Notes: a model not told the origin generated them from the letters alone. Positions 46,449 through 59,169 are shown, counted from the stretch's first letter. The stretch: 64,000 bases of DNA from an uncultured Verrucomicrobiota bacterium (GCA_964393515.1 CAYMTY010000012.1:3473-67472); one strand, 5' to 3'. Numbers and translations: made by a program.

Positions 46449-47765
46449 TTACGGGTTCGCCGCGGCGTCGAAGCGGACGGCGGCGGCGCGCGCGTGGGCG
46501 TCAAGGCCCTCCACCTTGCCCAGCGTCTCGATCAGCGGCAGGGTCTCGAGCAGGTCCGCGCGGGTGAAGGCCACCACGCTCGTGCGCTTGCGGAACGAAT
46601 CCACCGTCAGGCCCGAGAAGAACGCCGCGGTGCCGCCCGTGGGCAGCACGTGGCTGGGCCCGGCGACGAAGTCACCCGCGCTCTCCGGCGTCCAGGCGCC
46701 GACAAACACCGCGCCGGCGTTCTTCACTTTCTGCAGCCAGCGCCGCGGCTCCTTCGTCATGATTTCGAAGTGCTCCGGCGCGAAGCGGTTGATGATGTCC
46801 ATGCCCGTGTCGAGCGTGTCGACCACCACGGCCAGCGCCCCGGCGGCGGCCGCGTGCCCGATGGCTTCGCGGCGCGAGAGCCCGGCGGTCTGCCGCTCCA
46901 TCTCCGCCAGCACCTTGTTCGCCATGGCCATATAGGGCGTCACCAGCAGGGCCTTCTCGTGGCCGGTGCCGTGCTCGAGCTGCGAGAGCAGGTCGGCGGC
47001 CACGTGCGCGGGCACCGCCGTCTCGTCGGCCAGCACCGCGATCTCGCTGGGACCGGCCACCATGTCGAGGTCCACGTCGCCGTAGACCAGTTTCTTGGCG
47101 GCGGTGACGTACGGTCCGCCCGGGCCGACGATCTTCTGCACCTTGCGCAGCGTGGCAGTGCCGTAGGCCATGGCGCCGATCGCCTGGATGCCGCCGAGAC
47201 GGTAGACCTCCGTTGCGCCGGCCACCTCGAGGGCGTGCAGCAGGAACGGATTCACCTGCCCCCGCTTGTCGCAGGGCGTGCAGGCGACGATCTCCGGCAC
47301 GCCGGCGATCTTGGCCAGGGCCACGCTCATCAGGGCCGTGGAGGCCAGCGGGGCCGCGCCGCCGGGAATGTAGGCGCCCACGCGGGCCAGCGGCGTGAAG
47401 CGCTCGCCCAGCACCCCGCCCTTCGGCGTGGCCAGGCTCCAGTCCTTGCGCATGCCCGCCTTGCCGAAGCGCGCAATGCGCGCGAACACCTCCGAGGCGG
47501 TGCGCTTGAACATCAGGTCCACCTTGTCCGCCGCGGCCAGGATCTCCTCGCGCGGGACCGCGAAGCGGGCGGGCGCCAGGGCGATCCCGTTGAACTCCTT
47601 GGTGTACTTCTGGACCGCCTTGTCGCCGGCGGCGCGGATGTCCTCCAGCACGCGGCGGGCCGTCGCCTCCGCCTCCGGCGCGAACGCCGGCCGCGCCAGG
47701 AACCGCTCCAGCTCGGGCGCTTCCTTGTGCGGCGAATACTTCAGAATCGGAATGTTCAGGCTCAT
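46449..47765 (-). CDS. hisD: Histidinol dehydrogenase
   Basis: Full-length HisD (438 aa) with conserved zinc/NAD regions (GGIQAIGAMAYGT, VAGPSEIAVLADE, SQLEHGTGHEKALLVT, HVLPTGGTA). Confidence 0.9.
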   Translation of the reverse strand: MSLNIPILKYSPHKEAPELERFLARPAFAPEAEATARRVLEDIRAAGDKAVQKYTKEFNGIALAPARFAVPREEILAAADKVDLMFKRTASEVFARIARFGKAGMRKDWSLATPKGGVLGERFTPLARVGAYIPGGAAPLASTALMSVALAKIAGVPEIVACTPCDKRGQVNPFLLHALEVAGATEVYRLGGIQAIGAMAYGTATLRKVQKIVGPGGPYVTAAKKLVYGDVDLDMVAGPSEIAVLADETAVPAHVAADLLSQLEHGTGHEKALLVTPYMAMANKVLAEMERQTAGLSRREAIGHAAAAGALAVVVDTLDTGMDIINRFAPEHFEIMTKEPRRWLQKVKNAGAVFVGAWTPESAGDFVAGPSHVLPTGGTAAFFSGLTVDSFRKRTSVVAFTRADLLETLPLIETLGKVEGLDAHARAAAVRFDAAANP

Positions 47766-47777
47766 GGGAAAAGCTTG

Positions 47778-47877
47778 GGTTCAGGGTTCACAGTTCACAG
47801 TTCAACGTTCTTGGTTCACGGTTCAGGGTTTGCGGTTCAGCGGCTGCCATTCTGAATTCTGACTCCTGACTTCTGAC
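47778..47877. promoter_or_regulatory. hisD leader/promoter region with two adjacent heptanucleotide arrays: (GGTTCAS)8 and (TTCTGAC)4
   Basis: Plus-strand reading: gggttca gggttca cagttca cagttca acgttct tggttca cggttca gggtttg cggttca, then tctgaat tctgact cctgact tctgact tct. Confidence 0.5.
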
Positions 47878-47885
47878 TTCTTCTC

Positions 47886-48123
47886 CTAGAAACTCTTCAC
47901 GCTTTCGTTCATGGCGCCGCACTTTTCGCACTCGGCCAGCGGCACGTTGCGGCGGTCGAGATAGACATGGCCGCAGGCCGCGCACCGGAAGATGAACGGG
48001 GCGGCGCGCCGCCGCGGCAGGCGCCGGTACCGCCGGACAGCATAATAGAGCGTGACTACGAACACCAGCGCCAGGTTCGCGGCGAAGAACAGGAAGAACC
48101 AGTCGGGCGGCGTCAGCGGGATC
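47886..48123 (-). CDS. Small membrane protein with C-terminal zinc-ribbon (CxxC...CxxC)
   Basis: Real 3' part of track ORF 47886..48686: MIPLTPPDWFFLFFAANLALVFVVTLYYAV (TM) ... FRCAACGHVYLDRRNVPLAECEKCGAMN. ATG at 48123. Confidence 0.45.
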
Positions 48124-48904
48124 ATGGCGGCGGCTCCCCCGCCGCGCCGCCCGCCGCGAGCTCGGGAGCGGGAGCCGCCGGACTGAGCCAGGCGACCAGT
48201 CCGGCGCGCGCGGCGGCGGGTTCCAGCAGGCGCCAGCCGCCTGCCGACCGCACCAGGCGGCGGTCGATCTCCGGCAGCCCGCTCGGCTGCGCCAGCAGCA
48301 CCGAGATGGGCACGCCCCGGGCATCGAACCGCAGCTCGATCCGCGCGGTCCAGGCGGCGTTCGTCCACGCGCTGAAATTCAGGTCGATCCCGGAAAACAG
48401 CCGGGACTCCCAGCCGGCGGGAAACTCCAGGTGGGGCGATTCGGCCGCGGCCGGCCGCGGGGGAAAGACCGCCGAGACGGACGGCAACCCGGCCGGCCTT
48501 TCCGCGGGCAGCGGCCGGACGACGCCGACGGACGTCAGCCCCGGCCGCGGCAGAGGCCGGGGATTGCCCAGATAGGCCGTCCAGGGGCGTACCGACTCCA
48601 CCGGCGGCGTCAACCCGATCCGCTCCCGGCGCAGGGCGTGAGTGAATCCCGCCGGCGTGGCCAGCGCGAATGCGGCCGGCGTCCAAACGCTGCGCACGTC
48701 CCAGGCGTCAGCGCCCTCCGCCGGCCACCAGGCCAGCGCGGGCGCCGAGGGCTTCGCCCCCGCCGGCAACGGCAGCGCCAGGCGGAACAGCAGGGCGAAG
48801 GCCGCGAACCAGAGCGCGGCGAACACGCCAGCCAGACGCCAGCCCGACCGGCTGAACCGGCGCCAGCGCCGGTCGGGATCGTCGCCGGGACGGGATCGGT
48901 GCAT
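48122..48904 (-). CDS. TonB/TolA-like energy-transducer candidate: N-terminal TM anchor, Pro-rich spacer, C-terminal beta domain
   Basis: TM anchor WRLAGVFAALWFAAFALLF, then a Pro-rich span (PPVESVRPWTAYLGNPRPLPRPGLTS...PLPAERPAGLPS) and a C-terminal domain. It follows exbB-exbD on the same strand. Confidence 0.45.
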   Translation of the reverse strand: MHRSRPGDDPDRRWRRFSRSGWRLAGVFAALWFAAFALLFRLALPLPAGAKPSAPALAWWPAEGADAWDVRSVWTPAAFALATPAGFTHALRRERIGLTPPVESVRPWTAYLGNPRPLPRPGLTSVGVVRPLPAERPAGLPSVSAVFPPRPAAAESPHLEFPAGWESRLFSGIDLNFSAWTNAAWTARIELRFDARGVPISVLLAQPSGLPEIDRRLVRSAGGWRLLEPAAARAGLVAWLSPAAPAPELAAGGAAGEPPP

Positions 48905-48919
48905 GCGGCCCCCTCCCCC

Positions 48920-49381
48920 CTAGGGCGCCACCGGCGGCGGCCGCGTGGCCAGAACCACTTCGCGGATGCCGGCCTTCTGCGCCAGGGCGTAGACCTCGAT
49001 CAAGGTCCCGTAGGGCGTGCCTTCGTCGGCCTCGATCAGCAGCGGCAGGCCGGCGGCCTCGCCGGCCGGACGCGCCAGGGCGGCGCCCAGCGCGGCCAGC
49101 GGCAGCCGCTCGTCGTTGAAAAAAACCTGGCCGCCCTGCGCCAGCGTCAGCACCCGCGCGCGGTAGGATGCGCCGGCGGCGAACGGCGCCTCCGGCAGGC
49201 GCAGGCGCACGCCCGGCTGCAGCACGAAATCCGCGGCGGCGAACAGGAACATCCCCGCCAGGGCCAGAATATTGAGCAGCGCGGTCACTTCGACCGGCCC
49301 CACGGCGCGGCGGTAGCGCCCGGTGAAGCGGCGGCGCACGCTCCGGAACTGCAGCTGGATGGGCTGGTCCGGAATCCTCAT
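48920..49381 (-). CDS. exbD: Biopolymer transport protein ExbD/TolR
   Basis: Single N-terminal TM (VEVTALLNILALAGMFLFAAA) plus the ExbD periplasmic domain (VFFNDERLPLAALGAAL...LLIEADEGTPYGTLIEVYALAQKAGI). Start at ATG 49381. The upstream part of track ORF 48920..50086 is out of frame with real sequence. Confidence 0.8.
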   Translation of the reverse strand: MRIPDQPIQLQFRSVRRRFTGRYRRAVGPVEVTALLNILALAGMFLFAAADFVLQPGVRLRLPEAPFAAGASYRARVLTLAQGGQVFFNDERLPLAALGAALARPAGEAAGLPLLIEADEGTPYGTLIEVYALAQKAGIREVVLATRPPPVAP

Positions 49382-50010
49382 GTTCGCGGCGCCTCCCGGG
49401 CCGGCTTCCACTGCCGCATGAAGTTCAGCAGCGCCGAGGCCGAGCGTTCCATGTCCAGCAGGATCGATTCCACGCGCGACACCAGCAGGTTGTAGCCCGC
49501 ATAGGCCAGGATGGCGATGACCAGGCTCAGGGCCGTCGCCGTGAGCGCCCGCCACAGCCCGCCCGCCAGGTCGGCCGACTGCACCAGCGGGGCGTTGCGG
49601 TTCACCGCCAGCAGCATGTCCATCATGCCCAGCACCGTGCCCAGCAGCCCGATCAGCGGCGTGATGCGCGCCAGCGTCGCCAGCCAGCCCAGACCGCGTT
49701 CCATCCGCGGGATCTCCTCGAGGCCGGCGTCCTCGATCGCCCGCCCGATGTTCTCCAGCGTGTCGTCGTGGTGCAGGACCGCCGCCAGGGCCAGCCGGGC
49801 CACGGGTCCCGGCGCCTCCTCGCAGATCGCCGCCGCCTCGACCGGGTTGTCGCGGTTGAGGATGTTGTAAAGGCCCTTCAAAAAGTCGTCGGGCGCGATC
49901 TGCGCGCGGTGCAGGTTGAACAGGCGCTCCAGGAAAACCAGTGCCGTGACCAGGCCGCAGCCCAGCAGGATCCAGACCACCGGCCCGCCGTTTCCGATCA
50001 GGTTCAACAT
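49378..50010 (-). CDS. exbB: MotA/TolQ/ExbB proton-channel family protein
   Basis: Three TM helices with the conserved ITPLIGLLGTVLGM segment. 210 aa. It overlaps the exbD start. Confidence 0.8.
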   Translation of the reverse strand: MLNLIGNGGPVVWILLGCGLVTALVFLERLFNLHRAQIAPDDFLKGLYNILNRDNPVEAAAICEEAPGPVARLALAAVLHHDDTLENIGRAIEDAGLEEIPRMERGLGWLATLARITPLIGLLGTVLGMMDMLLAVNRNAPLVQSADLAGGLWRALTATALSLVIAILAYAGYNLLVSRVESILLDMERSASALLNFMRQWKPAREAPRT

Positions 50011-50086
50011 AGGCTTCTCCGTCCGCAGGATTCCAAGGGAATTGACAGCCCAGTCTAGGCCGCCGCCCGCCCCCGCTCAACCACAA

Positions 50087-50150
50087 AAACCAGGTTCACG
50101 GTTTATGGTTCACGGTTCAACGGCTGGAAAACTGTGAACCGCTGAATCTT
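50087..50150. promoter_or_regulatory. GGTTCAC heptad direct repeats followed by inverted TGAACC copies, immediately upstream of exbB
   Basis: aggttca cggttta tggttca cggttca acggctggaaaactgtgaaccgctgaatcttgaactcg. Same heptad as upstream of hisD and uvrA. Confidence 0.45.
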
Positions 50151-50166
50151 GAACTCGAAACCCCTG

Positions 50167-52712
50167 TCAGAACAGCGTCCAATGCTCCTGCCGGATACGT
50201 TCAAGGCGGGCGCGGGCCTCGGCAGCGGACGGCGCGCCGGAGTCGGCCACGCGCCGGTAGATGCCGGCAGCTTCGCGCCACTTGGCGGCGGCCTCCTGGA
50301 GCGCAGCGGCGGCGAACGCCGCGCGGGTGAACCAGACGTGGGCCTCGGCCGGCGGCTGGCTTTCCTGGAGGTAGGCGTAGACGACCTCCATGTAGCGGTC
50401 GAGGGCGGCGGCGGCGCGGCCCATCTTTTCCAGGCAGCGCCCGAGCTTGTAGCCCGCCTGCAGGCGCAGATCCGCGGGTGCCCCCGCGGAATCCAGCAGG
50501 GTGCGGTAGGACAGCAGCGCCTCTTCGTAGCGCGCGGGATTCTCCTGCCCGAGGGTGTACTGGCAGTCCCCCTTCCGCCCCCAGGCGACGGCCGCCTCCG
50601 CCGACTGCGGGAACTTCACGATCACCTCGTTGAAGGCGAGAATGGCCGCCGCGAACTGGCCCAGTTCGCCCAGCACGTCGCCCTGGGCCAGCAGGGTCTC
50701 GGCCAGCCGCGGATGGTCCGGATGGCGGGCCATGAGATTGTTGTAGTGTTCGTTCGCGGCGAGATAGGCCCGCCGCGCCGTCGCCGCCCGGCCTGCCCAG
50801 TAGAGCGCCTCCGCGGCGCGCGGGCCGTCGGGATGGTCGGCGGCCAGGTCGGCGAACCGCCGCTCCGCCTTTTCATATTCGCCGTGGTTGAACGCATGCT
50901 CGCCGAGCCAGAAGCGGACATCTTGCGCGTAGGCGGACCGGGGATCCTCCGCCAGGAACTGTTCGGCGGCCTTGAGCGCCTCAGCGTCGCGGCCGAGCAG
51001 GTAGAGACACCAGGCACGCATGAACTTCGCCTGTGCCGCCGGCCGCGTGCGCGCAAACTCGTCGCGGATGCGCGTGAAGTCGTCCAGGGCGGCCTGGAAG
51101 GCACCCATGCGGTAGCGGATGAGGCCGCGCGCCAGCAGGGCCTGAGCGCAGGGGCCGGGCACGGAGCAGGCGGTGATGAGCCGGGTGTACTGTTCCATGG
51201 CAGTCTCGAGCGCGCCGCGCTCTTCGTAGAGCGCCCCGAGGCGCATCGTGGCTGCGCGCGTGAACTCCGTTTCCGCCTTCTCCCGGCTCAGGTCGAGCAG
51301 GCGGATCTCGCCCGCTTCGGTCGCGCCCTGCGCCAGTTCCGCCTCGGCCAGCTGCAGCTGCGCCCGGCCCGCGAGTTCCCCGTCCGGCGGGGCGGCTGCC
51401 AGGATCGCCGCATAGGTACCCTGTGCCGCCGCATATTGCCGGCTGGCGAACTGCGCATCCGCCAGCTTCTGCAGCAGCGGCAGGCGACGGCCGGAATCGG
51501 GCTCCGCCGCCGCGGCGCGCGCAAACACCGCCGCGGCTTCTTCGTGGCGGCCGGCCGCCCACAGCGCCCAGCCCTGGCCCGCCAGCACCTCGCCGGTGCC
51601 GGGCAGGCCGGCGAAGGCGTCGAGCCAGGCCTGGTATTCCCCGGCCGCCAGGTTCCACTTCTCCAACCGGGCCAGGTTGTCAGCCAGCCCCAGCTGCAGC
51701 TGGGCGGCCCGGGTTTCGTCGGGGATCCGGGCCGCGACGGCGCGCATCAGTTCCGCGCCCTCCGCCACCTGGCCGGCCAGGAGCAGGAGGCGGGCCTTGA
51801 TGACCTCGCTCTCCAGCCGCTGGGCCGGATCGGCGGCGGCGGCAATGCTGCGGTTGATCAGCCGCAGGGCGGCGGGATAGTTGGCCTCGGCCCCCAGGGC
51901 CTGGGCCACGATCCGGTAGCCCTGCGCGCGGGTCTCCGCGAGCAGGTTCGTGTTTTCCGCCAGCGCCTGCAGGCGCTGGACGGCCAGCGCGCGCGCGCCC
52001 TGCCGGATCTGCAGTTCGGCCAGCTTGAGGGTCGCCCGTTCGCTCCAGACCCGGCCGGCGTAGTTGGTTTCGACCTGCTCGAGCAGGCTGCGGGCCTGGC
52101 CGGCGCGGTTTGTCGCCGCCAGGTCCGCCGCGAGATCCAGCCAGGCGCCCGGAGCGTCGGGATGTTCCGGATGCCGGGCGGCAAGATCGCGGCAGGCGGT
52201 CTCGGCCGCCTCCCAGTTCCCCTGCGCGGCCAGGATCCGCGCCAGCAAACGCAGGGCCTGCGGCGCCGATTCCTGGCCGGCGTGTTTATCCTTGAATCCT
52301 TCGAGTTCCGCGGCCGCCTCGTCCAGCCGCCCCAGGCCGTACAAGGCCTGGCCGCGGGCCAGGGCGTAGTCCGCGGATAGCGCCGCGGCGCGCACCTGTC
52401 CGCCATGCGCTTGCAGCGCCGCCAGGGCGGCCCCGGGATTCTGCTCGGCCAGCAACACCCGCGCCAGCCACAGCGCGCCTTCGGCCTGCCGGCGCCGGTC
52501 CGGCGCGCCGGCCACCAGTTCCTCGAGGCGGCGGCGCGCCAGCCGGTAGAGGCCGTCCTCGTAGGCCGCGCGCGCCGTCGTCAGCAGCCGGCCGGCGTCC
52601 TCGAGGGTCAGCTGGGCCGTCGGCAGCCGCGCCTCCCCGCCGGGTTCTTGCGCGAGAACAGGACCGGCGCACACCAGCGCCGCAAGCGCCCCCAGGATGG
52701 CCCGCCACTTTC

Positions 52713-52716
<4 letters not shown>
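50167..52716 (-). CDS. Secreted tetratricopeptide-repeat protein (849 aa, TPR throughout)
   Basis: Signal peptide MRKWRAILGALAALVCAGPVLAQE, then more than 15 TPR-like units (AEALYWAGRAATARRAYLAANEHYNNLMARHPDHP...). Its start overlaps the uvrA stop (ATGA). The upstream part of track ORF 50167..54855 is the uvrA antisense/other-frame artefact. Confidence 0.7.
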
Positions 52717-55592
<2,876 letters not shown>

Positions 55593-55667
55593 CGCCTGAC
55601 GCCTCTTCAAAATGGATGGTCTAACCTACCACGCTTGCAACCCGCGGCAAATCCGGATAACGAGGGT

Positions 55668-55973
55668 TCAGGGTTCGGGCGGGGACGGGGATGGTTTGGA
55701 CAGATATTCCGCCGGCGGCTCGCCCACGGCCGGAGCCACCAACCCCTGTTGTCGCGCGAACTTCATGAACCACCGTTGCATTTCCACCAGACCACTGGTG
55801 GCGCGGGGTTTTCCGAACCGCAAAGCCAGATCGACCAAAGCATCCACCGTGGACACGTCCTTGCGCGTGTCCAGGGCGCGCAACTCTTCCCGCCGGATCC
55901 GATCCAATTCGGGTCCGGCCCGTTTCCACCCCTGAACGTATTGCCGATACTGCTCCCGGACCGTCGCGTTCAT
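55668..55973 (-). CDS. Small hypothetical protein, translationally coupled (ATGA) to the upstream nucleotidyltransferase gene
   Basis: MNATVREQYRQYVQGWKRAGPELDRIRREELRALDTRKDVSTVDALVDLALRFGK... (101 aa, helical). No family recognised. Confidence 0.4.
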   Translation of the reverse strand: MNATVREQYRQYVQGWKRAGPELDRIRREELRALDTRKDVSTVDALVDLALRFGKPRATSGLVEMQRWFMKFARQQGLVAPAVGEPPAEYLSKPSPSPPEP

Positions 55974-56533
55974 CGGGCCGTCTCCACCAGTTTGCGGAAA
56001 CGGACGATGATTTCCGGCGCCTCCTTCAACTCGCACAAGGGGGTCAGTTGGCGCATCACATAGTTCATATTCAGCTTCTGACCTTGCCGGACCAGCACGC
56101 CCTCGATGTCCAGCCAGTCCTTGGGACGGTCTGCAAAAGCCTTGGCCACGAGCAGATCTTCCGCGGAACAGGTCTTCAAGCGGCAGCCTTCATCAAATTC
56201 AAAGACCGAGGCCCGTTTCAGAATCGCCTCCTCAAAAGGGAATCCCGCCAACGCTACGTCCACGCCCACTCCGTTCACCGTCGACAACAGTAAAACCCGG
56301 TTGCGCATGGCTTGGGCGCGGGCCTCCGGGCCTCGCGCCGCAAACCCGGTCAGCAACTCGTCCACGAAACGCTTTTCGGCGCCGAATCCTGTCAGCAGGG
56401 TGATGTCCACGTCCCGGGTCGTGCGCGGTTCCCCCCAGCGCATCACCGCAAGGCCGCCGATGATGCAGTAGGTCCACTCCCGCGCCTCCATGAAGTCCGT
56501 AACCTCTTTGGCCGCTTGGAACACCGCGTTCAT
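55970..56533 (-). CDS. Pol-beta-superfamily nucleotidyltransferase-fold protein
   Basis: The TYCIIGGLAVMRWGEPRTTRDVDITL segment fits the minimal NTase signature hG[GS]x9-13 D-x-[DE]-h. 187 aa. Confidence 0.55.
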   Translation of the reverse strand: MNAVFQAAKEVTDFMEAREWTYCIIGGLAVMRWGEPRTTRDVDITLLTGFGAEKRFVDELLTGFAARGPEARAQAMRNRVLLLSTVNGVGVDVALAGFPFEEAILKRASVFEFDEGCRLKTCSAEDLLVAKAFADRPKDWLDIEGVLVRQGQKLNMNYVMRQLTPLCELKEAPEIIVRFRKLVETAR

Positions 56534-56615
56534 AAAATGCCCCTGGCTTGCCGGCAGTTATTCACACCCGGATGCTACCTCATCCGGCCTGGGCACATCA
56601 AGCTCGCCCCCGCCG

Positions 56616-58505
56616 TCAATCCATGGTTTCCAGCACTGCGAGCAAGCGCGGGCGGCGTTTGTTCTCCGCGCGCAGTCCGGTCAACAGGGTCCGCCACTCG
56701 TCCAGCCTTCCCGTCGCTCGACAGATGCCACGGATATTCCTCAAATATCGGCCCGCTTCTTCATAGGCCGACGGCTTGACATAGGCAATCTGGTTTGCGG
56801 CCAGTCCCTTCCAGATCCGGATGGCCTCCTCCGGATGGGTCTGGGCCACGGCCTGGGCCAGTTCCCTTGCGCAGTCGCCTCCATAGAAGCGGTCGCGCTC
56901 CGCGCTTTCACGGTGCAAACGAATGGCTTCGTCGTGCCGTTTTTCGTCGAGGGCAATCAAGATCAGGCTCGTCCAGTCCGGGAAACGCTGCCACCGCTTT
57001 TCTTCCGCAGGCCATTTCACCTCCGTGGGTGGCAGCGGCCAGCCGGTATCATTTTCCGGCCTATGGCCTGTTTGGAGGAACGCCAATGCCGACTTGCGGA
57101 TCGAATCCCACATCCCGACCTTGGCGGAGGCCTTCCGCAACACAGCATAGCGCGCCAGGCCGGGCTCTTTGAAAAATTCCAGCGCCCGATAGGCTGCCAC
57201 CCGCGGATTGTCCCGGTCTTTCGCCGCCAGTTCGCAGAGCAACTGTTCCAGTTCCCAGGCCAAGCCCGGCAACGCCTTCAGCGTTCGGTTGAAGCCGGTG
57301 ATCGCCCATTCCCGGGCCCGGGCGATCCGGCCCGCGGCGCGATGCGCCTTCACCAGCTCGGCATAGCAATGCACTTGCTCGACTTCGCGCTCCAAAACTG
57401 CGAGACATTCGTTCCCGCGACCGGCCTTTTCCAGCGCGCGCAACAGCCAGCGCATCAGTTCTGCGCGCCGATACCGGGCAGAATCCCCCGCCTGTGGATT
57501 CGCGGGACAGGCCGGCCATTTCGCCAATCGTCCTGCCAATTCGTCCGCCACCGGGCTCCAGTCCTCCCGGTGGCATGACTCCATCTCCAACGGCCCCCGG
57601 AGACTATCGAAAATACTGTACTGATCTTGAAGCGCCAGATCGATCTGCCACAGCAGCCGTTTTGAATTCGGCCAGGGTGAACGCAAAACGGCCTGGCAAA
57701 CCACTTCCATGCAGCTGGCGATCTCCATGCCGGTCTCGCCTTCGTCGTGACTGCGCTCGATTTGCTCCGTGCCAAGTTCCACGAGCAACTCGCCCAGTTC
57801 GATCACGGCCTCCACTTGGCCCAGGGCCAGCAACTGTTCCAACTTCCGCTTCGCCTTGGAATAATCGGGAATATTTCCGCTCCGGTCCCAGTAATTCATC
57901 CAAGCTTCTTCCGCGGCTGCCGCTTCGATTTCCCGGCGCGCAGAGCTGATCAATCGACCGACATCCCCCTTGCGGACCGGCAACCCGTCGGCCAGCTTTT
58001 CCCTCAGCTCCGGCGCCAGTCCCATTCCTTCTTTCACCAGCTTGAGCAACTCCCGTTTCGACAACCCCTCCAGATGGCGTTGGAGGCGGCGGTCATCGCG
58101 TTTTTTGCCGGCTTGTTCCTCCACAAGGGATTTGAGGGTTTTTTCGGCCTGAGCGCCCTTTCTTTTCAACAGTTCGAGGCGCTCGTCGTCTCGACGCGCC
58201 GGCGGCAGAACTTCGTTGCTCTTGGCTCCCCGTTGAAAGGACAACACCACCGCCACGGCATGTTTGCAGGGGCTCCCCTCGTAAGGGCAACTGCATTCAG
58301 AGACAACCCCATCCTGCTTGTCGATTTCGACCCGGGTGGCATAGCGATCGCCGCCATCGACCCATGCCAGCAGAGAGCCATCCTCTAACTGAACCAACTC
58401 CGCCACCTTGCGCGCGTAAGACCGGGCCCGGCTTGCAACCTTCGTTCCGGCCCACCGTTCCAAATCGGCCCAGCTCAACTCCACGAATTTCACGCCGGCT
58501 TTCAT
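56616..58505 (-). CDS. SWIM zinc-finger domain protein with long alpha-helical repeat C-terminal region
   Basis: A CxCxnCxH SWIM finger at the N-terminus (VSECSCPYEGSPCKHAVAVVL) is followed by about 500 aa of helical repeats. The protein is more Lys/Glu-rich than its neighbours. Confidence 0.7.
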   Translation of the reverse strand: MKAGVKFVELSWADLERWAGTKVASRARSYARKVAELVQLEDGSLLAWVDGGDRYATRVEIDKQDGVVSECSCPYEGSPCKHAVAVVLSFQRGAKSNEVLPPARRDDERLELLKRKGAQAEKTLKSLVEEQAGKKRDDRRLQRHLEGLSKRELLKLVKEGMGLAPELREKLADGLPVRKGDVGRLISSARREIEAAAAEEAWMNYWDRSGNIPDYSKAKRKLEQLLALGQVEAVIELGELLVELGTEQIERSHDEGETGMEIASCMEVVCQAVLRSPWPNSKRLLWQIDLALQDQYSIFDSLRGPLEMESCHREDWSPVADELAGRLAKWPACPANPQAGDSARYRRAELMRWLLRALEKAGRGNECLAVLEREVEQVHCYAELVKAHRAAGRIARAREWAITGFNRTLKALPGLAWELEQLLCELAAKDRDNPRVAAYRALEFFKEPGLARYAVLRKASAKVGMWDSIRKSALAFLQTGHRPENDTGWPLPPTEVKWPAEEKRWQRFPDWTSLILIALDEKRHDEAIRLHRESAERDRFYGGDCARELAQAVAQTHPEEAIRIWKGLAANQIAYVKPSAYEEAGRYLRNIRGICRATGRLDEWRTLLTGLRAENKRRPRLLAVLETMD

Positions 58506-58623
58506 GCCTCGCTACGCTACCACGCTCCCCCAACCGTGCAAACCCGTATAATCAGCCCCATGTCCCAAGCTTGCCGGTTCGCCCCCCCACGACTTTGCGG
58601 CGTGGGTGAATCAGTTTATCCGG

Positions 58624-59041
58624 TTATGGTTGCCCGTGGCCCGGGACCATGGTCCGGTCGGTGGACAAATGCGTTTTCGGACAGCCGAACAGGGCGACGA
58701 GCCGCTCGTCGTTGTCGTTGACCAGCTGGTGAACCTCGCCCGACTGGATGGTGAAGCAATCGCCCTTCTTGACCGCCGTGGCGGAAATCCAGTTTGTCCG
58801 GCCTTCGCCGACGGGCTTGCCGATGTGGATGACGCCTTGGCCCTCGACGATCTGGTAGATTTCCGCCCCCTGGTCGTGGTAGTGCGCCCCGACCCGCTTG
58901 CGCGGGCCGATTTCCGCCGCGAAAAACGTGAAATCGTCGTTGCCCGTCAGCGGTACGACCCGAATGCCCACCGCCGGATCCAGCGCCGCGGATACGATCT
59001 GATCGTAAATATTCTTCACGTTCAAGCTGGCGGCGGACATG
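58624..59041 (-). CDS. Cupin-2 domain protein
   Basis: From ATG 59041: MSAASLNVKNIYDQIV...AHYHDQGAEIYQIVEGQGVIHIG...FTIQSGEVHQLVN. This carries the two-His cupin motif. The track's upstream extension to 59139 is unsupported. Confidence 0.6.
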
Positions 59042-59169
59042 GCACTGCTCCTGTTACGGTTCGTTGCCGCACAGTTTCTTTCGTTCCGGCTTGTTTGGCG
59101 AGAGTAGTTTTCATCTTTTTGCCGGCCGCCCGGTTGCAATCTCTAGGAAATCAGTTTAGAATACGGCCA

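Noticed and set aside
47778-47885. Histidine attenuator leader peptide in the hisD upstream heptad region
   Set aside because: No run of His codons (CAC/CAT) lies on the hisD coding strand. The CAC triplets occur only on the opposite strand within GGTTCAC.
48431-49495. 354-aa plus ORF across the tonB-like/exbD region
   Set aside because: Arg/Gly/Pro-rich antisense translation. ExbD and ExbB are clearly encoded on the minus strand.
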